DNA of 21,378 nt, taken from assembly GCA_043805855.1 (NCBI GenBank), contig JAZDHP010000019.1:1-21378 (forward strand). The letters run 5' to 3'. Both the position numbers and the translations under genes were made by a program. Below are positions 9,180 to 15,284 of the stretch, piece after piece. Within the stretch, counting starts at the first letter, position 1. Every line of letters starts with the position of its first letter. The notes under the pieces are model-generated. The model did not search any database, was not told the origin of the DNA, and was given only the letters and a program-made list of their open reading frames with translations. The DNA comes from Candidatus Micrarchaeota archaeon. Its GTDB lineage: Archaea > Micrarchaeota > Micrarchaeia > Norongarragalinales > UBA8480.

Positions 9180-9998
9180 GTGAAGAGAGGTCAATATGCT
9201 CCGCAGCCTTCGGGTTTCCACGCAGAAAGTGCAATTCCTTTAGTTTTAATTGCAATTCTCGCGATTTTCCTAGCAGCTAAATTCAATATACTGCCAGTTG
9301 ATAACATTCCAATTTTAAACCAAATTATGCCGTCGAAAGACATCAAGGTAGGTATCTTTGGTAGACAGTCAGATGACTTGAAAGCAATGCTTGCTTCTTC
9401 GGACTTCCAAGGCGCAGGCGGGATTGCAGTTCGTCCAATTGAAGGCAGGACTGACGACGCTGCACGCTACGCAGTTAGAGGGGTAGACGTTATAATTTTG
9501 ACCGGCGACCAGTACTGCGACCGCACGTTTAGAAAAGCAGTTACTGACGCTGTTAAAGGTGGAAAATCTTTAATCGTTATTGGCGACGCTTGCACTAAAG
9601 TTCGCGGTGACAACACTGCGCTTGGCTGGAGTATTGGCGTTGGATTAATGGGCGACATAATGCCAGTTGAAATTGGCGGCTTAACGACAAGGAGAGAGCC
9701 AATTAAGACTTACGACGTTACTGGTCAATTTAGAATAATTAACTTCGACCACACGATCTTCCAGGGAATAAAAGACTTCCCGTTCGCAGGTTCAGTTACT
9801 GAAGTTGTACCGACAAGCAACGCTGACGTAATTGCACAGCTTGACACTGGCCCCGGACAGAAGAATCTTTACCTCGTTGTAGAGGGAAAGACGTTCCCAA
9901 GCGGCAAAGTTCTCTACTTTGCTTTTGACCCAGCACAGCAAGGGTTAAAGGAAATGTTCAAGAACACGTTGCTATACGTAACTGCTAAACGCGGTTAA
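9180..9998 (+). CDS. Membrane-anchored class I GATase-like domain protein (paralog of 6558-7475)
   Basis: GTG start after GGTGAT SD. MKRGQ N-terminus, TM IPLVLIAILAIFLA. Motifs VDVIIL, GGKSLIVIGD, DHTIFQGI, GKVLYFAF. Confidence 0.65.
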   Translation: MKRGQYAPQPSGFHAESAIPLVLIAILAIFLAAKFNILPVDNIPILNQIMPSKDIKVGIFGRQSDDLKAMLASSDFQGAGGIAVRPIEGRTDDAARYAVRGVDVIILTGDQYCDRTFRKAVTDAVKGGKSLIVIGDACTKVRGDNTALGWSIGVGLMGDIMPVEIGGLTTRREPIKTYDVTGQFRIINFDHTIFQGIKDFPFAGSVTEVVPTSNADVIAQLDTGPGQKNLYLVVEGKTFPSGKVLYFAFDPAQQGLKEMFKNTLLYVTAKRG

Positions 9999-9999
9999 A

Positions 10000-10120
10000 A
10001 CGTTTCTTTTCCTTTTTAATTTCTTTTTAATTTTTTTTATTTCATTTTTTTAATTGTTTTATTTTTTTATTTATTTTTTGTTTTTTCTTTTGGTTTTATT
10101 TTTTCAATTCCCATTTTTTC
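10000..10120 (+). terminator. Extended oligo-T region, likely archaeal terminator/spacer
   Basis: About 120 nt of consecutive T runs directly after the 9998 stop. A similar tract follows alba (10514-10600). Confidence 0.45.
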
Positions 10121-10179
10121 GGCGAAGCAGTAATTTCAGTCAAAAGACTATCGAAACATACAAAAGCAGGTGAGTTAAA

Positions 10180-10506
10180 ATGGAAAACGTAGTTGAAAGT
10201 AGAGAAGTTAAAGTGCCAGAGCAGAGGAAACGCGACCCCAACGATAACACTATTTACGTTGGAAAGAAAAGCGTAATGAACTACGTAATCGCGGTTGTAA
10301 CTCAGTTTAACAACAGTTCTACGGAAGTTAAACTAAAAGCTCGCGGTAGAAGTATAAGCCACGCTGTTGACGTTACGCAAATTGTAAAAAACCGCTTTAT
10401 CCCAACGCTCAAGATAAAGGATATTATCTTAACAACTGAAGAGCTAATTTCAGAAGACGGCCGCCCCACTAAAGTTTCTTCGATGGAAATTATAATGACA
10501 AAATAG
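10180..10506 (+). CDS. albA: DNA/RNA-binding chromatin protein Alba
   Basis: NTIYVGKKSVMNYV, VKLKARGRSISHAVDV, VSSMEI; AGGTGA SD upstream. Confidence 0.95.
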   Translation: MENVVESREVKVPEQRKRDPNDNTIYVGKKSVMNYVIAVVTQFNNSSTEVKLKARGRSISHAVDVTQIVKNRFIPTLKIKDIILTTEELISEDGRPTKVSSMEIIMTK

Positions 10507-10622
10507 GCGTCAAATTTTTTAATTTCTTTTCTTTATTTTTTCTTTTTGTTCTTTTTTTTCTTGTTTTTTTCCATTTTCTTTCAAGCTGTGCTTTTTTTAA
10601 CTTTTAAACACTTTATTTTTAC

Positions 10623-11108
10623 ATGTTGCCAAGCGTTTCTAATCGTGTTTTGAACAAAAGAGTTATGGATACTATTATAGAGACTGGTACTGCGCGTTAC
10701 AATAAATGGCGCGAAATTGGAAATAACAAGGCAGTTGCGTTGTACGAGCGGGTTAGAACGCGCAGGGTTAATGGCGTTGGTTTTCTTGGCCACGGTTCCT
10801 GGGATCGATATTTACAGAAAGTTCACTTATTTTTTGATGTAAATCAACGACATTGGAGTGACGTGCGGTTCCACGCATCTGTAGCTGCTGTTTTACCAAA
10901 GTTTCCCCCTGAGAAAATTGGGTGGGCAACTCCCGAGGCTTATGCGAAAGTTGCAATTGCTGGCCGTTCTCTTGGTGCGCTTTACCGCTCTGCTTATGAT
11001 AGTAATCATCGCGGACGGGCAAACGGGGTTACGTTTTTTGGTCAAGGTTCTTGGAAGAACTACGTAAATTGGGTTCGTAAAAGGAGAAGAGTTTCTTTAG
11101 ATGGATAA
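10623..11108 (+). CDS. Basic hypothetical protein with two ~70-aa ALY...F(L/F)GxGSW..Y repeats (paralog of 11101-11595)
   Basis: ALYERV..NGVGFLGHGSWDRYL and ALYRSA..NGVTFFGQGSWKNYV. Confidence 0.65.
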   Translation: MLPSVSNRVLNKRVMDTIIETGTARYNKWREIGNNKAVALYERVRTRRVNGVGFLGHGSWDRYLQKVHLFFDVNQRHWSDVRFHASVAAVLPKFPPEKIGWATPEAYAKVAIAGRSLGALYRSAYDSNHRGRANGVTFFGQGSWKNYVNWVRKRRRVSLDG

Positions 11109-11595
11109 AATAATTAGACACCTTTCAGACAAAGAATTACATTCTGAGATTGGAAAAGCGCTTCGATTAACCAAGGGAGATGCAACTCCCAAAGCTTGGA
11201 AAGCCATTGGTGAGGTTGAGGGAGTGAGTTTAATTGCGCTTTACAACGAAGCGAATAAACGTAAAGTAGACAAAGTGGCATTTTTTGGCCATGGTTCTTG
11301 GGATGCGTATTTAGAAAACAAGCACGGCTTTGTTTCGCTTGATCAAAAACATTGGAGCAATACGCGTTTCCATTATGTTGTTGCACAAGGAATTGCAGTT
11401 CATCCTCCTAAAGAAATAGATTGGCATGCAGCTAATAAGACTTTATTTGCAGGTAAATCTCTTGCAACATGGCAGCAAATGGCGCGCAATAGCAACGTAA
11501 GCCACCGCGCTCCAGTTAAGATTAAATTTTTCGGCAAGGAAAGTTGGCCGGGTTATGTAGCGTGGATTAGACAAAAATATGGTGGAAAAGTTTAA
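11101..11595 (+). CDS. Basic hypothetical protein with two FFGxxSW..Y repeats (paralog of 10623-11108)
   Basis: SLIALYNEA..FFGHGSWDAYL, QKHWSNTRFH (cf. QRHWSDVRFH), FFGKESWPGYV. Overlaps both neighbours. Confidence 0.65.
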   Translation: MDKIIRHLSDKELHSEIGKALRLTKGDATPKAWKAIGEVEGVSLIALYNEANKRKVDKVAFFGHGSWDAYLENKHGFVSLDQKHWSNTRFHYVVAQGIAVHPPKEIDWHAANKTLFAGKSLATWQQMARNSNVSHRAPVKIKFFGKESWPGYVAWIRQKYGGKV

Positions 11596-12299
11596 TGCGA
11601 ATAAATAATGTTTTCACTTGTCAGGAAAAAGTAATTGGAAGCGCTAGCGTAAAATTGCGTAAGCTAAGCGTAGCAGTTATCGGCGCTGGCGGAATTGGTT
11701 GCAATACTCTGCTCCTTCTAGGCCAACTTAGCGTTGGTAAAGTAACTTTTGTTGATCCTGATGTTATTGAAATGTGCAACTTATCTCGCCAGCCGCTTTA
11801 CAGCGAGAAAGACGTTGGAAAGTTAAAAGTAACTGTAGCAAAGGAAAAACTTTCAAAACAGTTTCCTTCAACGAAGTTTATTGCGGTAAACGATATTTTG
11901 GAAGAAACTAATTCTGCTAAGTTGTTGAAAAAAGTTGACGTTGTGCTTGACTGTACTGATAACTACGCAGCGCGACGTGTAATTAACGATTTTTGTCAGA
12001 AAAATAAAATTCCTTGGATTTATGCAGGGGCAATTCGCGACACGTGCATGGTAGCGACGTTTCTGCCAAAGCGTAGCAATGGCTTCGCGCGATTTGCGCC
12101 TCCGGTTTGTGAAAAGTCTTGCTCTGAAGAAGGGGTAATTGCAACTACAACTTCCTTCGCAGCTACGTTGCAAGTGCAAGAATTGATTAATTTAATTGCA
12201 GGCAAGCCAAAGCTAAATGGTAAATTGCTGCACGTTAACTTGTCAACGCTGCGGTTTGAGATTTTTTCGCTTAAAACAAGTAAAAATTGGGTAAAGTAG
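11595..12299 (+). CDS. HesA/MoeB/ThiF family E1-like adenylyltransferase
   Basis: IGAGGIG, DPDVIEMCNLSRQ, DVGKLK, DCTDN..AR..IND, SCSEEGV (active-site Cys region). Confidence 0.9.
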   Translation: MRINNVFTCQEKVIGSASVKLRKLSVAVIGAGGIGCNTLLLLGQLSVGKVTFVDPDVIEMCNLSRQPLYSEKDVGKLKVTVAKEKLSKQFPSTKFIAVNDILEETNSAKLLKKVDVVLDCTDNYAARRVINDFCQKNKIPWIYAGAIRDTCMVATFLPKRSNGFARFAPPVCEKSCSEEGVIATTTSFAATLQVQELINLIAGKPKLNGKLLHVNLSTLRFEIFSLKTSKNWVK

Positions 12300-12302
12300 A
12301 TT

Positions 12303-12794
12303 ATGCCATTCACACCATTTCACTGGGCCGTTGCGTTATTTGGGTTGATTTTCTTTAACGTCCTTTACTTGCCCGCTTTGATTATTTCAAGCGTGTTGAT
12401 GGACCTCGAGCCGTTTTACTATATGTTCTTTTCTCCGCCAGCTGACGGAGTGCTTCATGGATTTTTCCACACTTACCTAGCGGTAACGATCCTCGCGTTG
12501 GTTGTAGCTTTTGTTTTGATTAAGTTCAGGCCTGCGATTGATAAACGCATGGCGCGGTTCAGCGCTTCCCAGACTAGAATTTCCAACAACTGGATAATCG
12601 CCTCTTCTCTACTAGCAGCGTGGTCTCATGTTTTCCTCGACTCGTTCCTCTACACTGACATAAAGCCATTCTGGCCGCTGACAAACGCAAATCCATTCCT
12701 TGGAATGCTTTCTTCAAGCACAGTTTATCTTTTATGTATGTTGGGGTTAGTTGCAGCGATTGTGCTTTGGGTTATAAAATTAGTAAAAAAGTAA
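12303..12794 (+). CDS. Membrane-bound metal-dependent hydrolase-like protein (YdjM/DUF4184-like)
   Basis: MPFTPFH, DLEP, HGFFHT, SHVFLD, PFWPL motifs with several TM helices. Confidence 0.75.
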   Translation: MPFTPFHWAVALFGLIFFNVLYLPALIISSVLMDLEPFYYMFFSPPADGVLHGFFHTYLAVTILALVVAFVLIKFRPAIDKRMARFSASQTRISNNWIIASSLLAAWSHVFLDSFLYTDIKPFWPLTNANPFLGMLSSSTVYLLCMLGLVAAIVLWVIKLVKK

Positions 12795-12813
12795 GTGGTA
12801 ATTTGGTGTTTCT

Positions 12814-13302
12814 ATGAAAATTGTATTTCTCGGTGGCCCTCGCGGTGCAGGTAAATCTACTTTAATTAACAAAGTGTCAAAAGAATTTCCAGAAGTTCAT
12901 ACCTTTCACTTAAAGTACGTTTTACTCCATGCTAATGCACAGGGAATTTCTCCGGAGGAATATGTTACTCGCGTTGCAGCTGGAAAAAAAGTTGTGCTAA
13001 TAGATGGAAAATTTGCTAATACTCCTAGTAATTTAAGAAATCTAGCTACAGCGTCGTATTTCCAAGATGGAGCTGGTTTCTTTCCATCTGCAAGTAAGTT
13101 TGTATTCATGTCCGCACCTGAAAAAGTTTTGAACGAAAGGATGAAAAACGACAAAAAGAAACGCAAACAAAATCCACGTGCCTTGTTAGCAGAATGGACT
13201 GCAATGCGCCTATTTGAAAAGCCAGTTGAACACATTGACTCAACAGATCAACGTGAAGCACACCGGGCGCTTAGGAAAATAGTCCTACAAGAAATGCGCT
13301 AG
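12814..13302 (+). CDS. Divergent P-loop NMP-kinase-like protein
   Basis: KIVFLGGPRGAGKST Walker A, VVLIDG, lid-like L.ERM..D..KR, IDS near the C-terminus. Confidence 0.65.
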   Translation: MKIVFLGGPRGAGKSTLINKVSKEFPEVHTFHLKYVLLHANAQGISPEEYVTRVAAGKKVVLIDGKFANTPSNLRNLATASYFQDGAGFFPSASKFVFMSAPEKVLNERMKNDKKKRKQNPRALLAEWTAMRLFEKPVEHIDSTDQREAHRALRKIVLQEMR

Positions 13303-13330
13303 CGCTAATAATTTTATAAAAAATAAAAAG

Positions 13331-13586
13331 TGGGCCTACCCGGATTTTCGTTATCGGAAAAGTTTTCTTTTCCCAAGGCTTTTTTCTTTACAAAGAAAAA
13401 AGGCTTATCGAACCGGGGATCTTTCCCACGTCAAGGGAACATCTTTGGCTTCAGCTTTTAATTAAAAGCTATTAATTTACCAATGTCGAAAGGTGCTCGG
13501 CCAGAGGTCTTGAGGTTGACGCGAACGCATTCGCGTCGCAACTTTCCCCCTGCGGCCGTGAGCGGCCTTTTCTCGACTATAGGCCC
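13331..13586 (-). tRNA. tRNA-Val(GAC) with three introns (15/16, 22/23, 59/60)
   Basis: Exons 13586-13572, 13482-13477, 13443-13407 and 13344-13331 join to a 72-nt cloverleaf: GGGCCTA TA GTCG AGTGGTA AGAT G TTCCC TTGACGT GGGAA AGATC CCCGG TTCGATT CCGGG TAGGCCC A. Each junction has a 4-bp central helix with 3-nt bulges (GTCG/CGAC, TGGT/GCCA, TTCG/CGAA). Anticodon at 13432-13430; no encoded CCA. Confidence 0.9.
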
Positions 13587-13609
13587 ACTTACCTAATTGT
13601 TAGGTGCGG

Positions 13610-14266
13610 TTACTTTTTTATATCTAACATTGGAAGCGTGCCAGTCTTAATCCAACCATTATATCGGTCTAGATTTCTTGGATTATTGCTTCCTATTAAT
13701 TCAAACCATTTTTTAGTGCATGCTATTCCACTAATTCCGACATCTCCGCTTGAATCATACGCAGGTAATCCAACTTCTCTAAGCATTATTTTAAGCTGTT
13801 TTCTCAATGGAGTGCTTTCACTAGATATTAGTACTAATGGTCGTCTATATTGTTCGGATTTACGTGCAGACATTGATCCATCTGTATCGAAAAGTCCCCT
13901 AATTACATTAAAGCGTTTCTCTAAGGGTAATTTCATGATCCATTTGGGAATTTCTATTTGTCCTTTTTTACCAACTGGAAAGTCTAAACTTGTTAATAGT
14001 TCTGCAAATTTTTTGTTGTTAATTACTGCATTTATTGTGTTTGTATGTTTGTCTTTATAGAAATACGCGTGTACGCCGAATCTTTTTAAAATCGGGTTTA
14101 TAAATTGAGTGAGGTATTCTAAATCTCTTGTTGCGTTTCCACTTATAAAAATTCGAAAATAATATCTATTGTTTGGTTTTTTGAATCTAACAATGCAACC
14201 GTCGCCCATCAAAACGCCAAAGAATTCGAGAAATTCGTCGCTTGTTGTTTCTATTTCGTTTAGCAC
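13610..14266 (-). CDS. Free-standing two-motif LAGLIDADG homing endonuclease-like protein
   Basis: EFFGVLMGDGC and NVIRGLFDTDGS, both keeping the catalytic Asp. No intein splicing motifs. GTG start. Confidence 0.88.
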   Translation of the reverse strand: MLNEIETTSDEFLEFFGVLMGDGCIVRFKKPNNRYYFRIFISGNATRDLEYLTQFINPILKRFGVHAYFYKDKHTNTINAVINNKKFAELLTSLDFPVGKKGQIEIPKWIMKLPLEKRFNVIRGLFDTDGSMSARKSEQYRRPLVLISSESTPLRKQLKIMLREVGLPAYDSSGDVGISGIACTKKWFELIGSNNPRNLDRYNGWIKTGTLPMLDIKK

Positions 14267-14330
14267 TAAGGTCTTTAGTTGTAAGCGGCTTTATTTTTTT
14301 CGGAACACGTCGTTGCCGGTGAAAAGTAAT

Positions 14331-14400
14331 AGTTTCTTTTTCCAAAGTTTCTTTTCTTCCACTGAAAGGCTTCTTTTCTTTGCGAAAGAAAAGAAGGGTT
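14331..14400 (-). repeat. Intergenic copy of the hairpin element found in both 59/60 tRNA introns
   Basis: Minus strand AACCCTTCTTTTCTTT-CGC-AAAGAAAAGAAGCCTT...TTTGGAAAAAGAAACT versus intron AAGCCTTTTTTCTTT-NN-AAAGAAAAAAGCCTTGGGAAAA. Confidence 0.7.
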
Positions 14401-14403
14401 TCA

Positions 14404-14538
14404 TGGACTCACCGGGATGTTCGAGCTTTTGAGAATTTCTTTTTTCCCAAGGCTTTTTTCTTTTGAAAGAAAAAAGGCTTATCGAACCCGGAGTCGCCCC
14501 CACGCCAAGGGGGTATGTTACCGTTACACCATGAGCCC
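14404..14538 (-). tRNA. tRNA-Ala(GGC) with a 63-nt intron at 59/60
   Basis: Exons 14538-14481 and 14417-14404 give GGGCTCA TG GTGT AACGGTA ACAT A CCCCC TTGGCGT GGGGG CGACT CCGGG TTCGATT CCCGG TGAGTCC A. G3:U70 and A73 alanine identity elements present. Full BHB: T-stem, TTCG/CGAA, bulges ATA and CAT, AGC/GCT. Confidence 0.93.
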
Positions 14539-14592
14539 ATTTTCGTGAAATTATTTGGGCGGCTAGATAATTATAATCCCTTTCTTGGTGGT

Positions 14593-14976
14593 TTATTTTA
14601 TGAATTCTACGTTTGGGCGGTTTTCAAAAGCTGGGTCGCCAGTTAGGAAACTTGCGTTCAGTTCAAGCGCCTTTTGGTATCCGATTGCGTCTGTGTAGGA
14701 TATGTCAAATCTTTGTTTCTTGAGTTTTAAGCGTAGGCGCATTGCTTGTTTTAATTCCGATTCAGTTGTTCTTGTTAAGTACTGTGCAAATCTTTCAAAG
14801 TAATTATCTGCATTTTCTTCGGTGGTTTCCCGTAGAAGTATGTAGTATAGCTCGGCTAGCATGAATTCTGTTGTGTGCAATGAAGTTGCTTCGTTTAATA
14901 CTTCTAGGTATTTTTTATTGCCCTTTATGTACTCTATCACTGCGTATGTGTCGACTACGTATTTCGTTGAAATCAT
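14593..14976 (-). CDS. vapC: PIN-domain toxin, VapC family
   Basis: Likely start 14976 (ATGA overlap with antitoxin stop). YVVDTYAVIE, LAELYY, ISYTDA, FLTGDPAF acidic PIN tetrad. Confidence 0.88.
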   Translation of the reverse strand: MISTKYVVDTYAVIEYIKGNKKYLEVLNEATSLHTTEFMLAELYYILLRETTEENADNYFERFAQYLTRTTESELKQAMRLRLKLKKQRFDISYTDAIGYQKALELNASFLTGDPAFENRPNVEFIK

Positions 14977-15197
14977 TCTTTCCATCCCTCTTGAGCTTCC
15001 TTCTTTAATTCAAGTGTGCTGCGTTTTGACTTAAAAGTTCCAAACAAGTCGCGAAGTTCTAATACGGGGCGTATGTTCACATGAAGTTGCATACTTTCTC
15101 GTAAATTTAAATCATCGGCTGTTTTCTTTGGAATAATAATCCCCCATGAATTACCGATCCTCTTTGGCGTAACGTTGACCTCTTCCATTTCACTCAC
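14973..15197 (-). CDS. vapB: AbrB/MazE-type antitoxin, VapB
   Basis: KRIGNSWGIIIPK AbrB motif, LFG..K C-terminal pattern; directly upstream of and overlapping the PIN gene. Confidence 0.85.
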   Translation of the reverse strand: MSEMEEVNVTPKRIGNSWGIIIPKKTADDLNLRESMQLHVNIRPVLELRDLFGTFKSKRSTLELKKEAQEGWKE

Positions 15198-15200
15198 CTT

Positions 15201-15244
15201 AATTTTACTAGTAGTATAATTTTACACGATGTATAATTTAAACC
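15201..15244 (-). promoter_or_regulatory. vapBC promoter with tandem operator-like repeats
   Basis: 17-bp period AATTTTAC-N5-GTAT at 15201-15217 and 15218-15234, each a TAC-N5-GTA palindrome, between a TTTAAA box (~15237-15242) and the vapB start. Confidence 0.55.
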
Positions 15245-15284
15245 TTTCTATTAAACTTAAAATGTATGCGGTTCTTGTAATTCT

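Noticed and set aside
13610..14266. LAGLIDADG ORF as part of an intein or encoded inside a tRNA intron
   Set aside because: No intein N- or C-terminal splicing motifs or host exteins, and both flanking tRNAs are complete without spanning it.
13345..14480. Repeated hairpin as a CRISPR array
   Set aside because: Three irregularly spaced copies, two inside tRNA introns; no spacer periodicity and no cas genes.
14291..14503. 70-aa minus-strand K/F-rich ORF (and 14169-14432 on the plus strand)
   Set aside because: Runs through tRNA-Ala, its intron and the hairpin repeat; the composition is explained by the T/A tracts.
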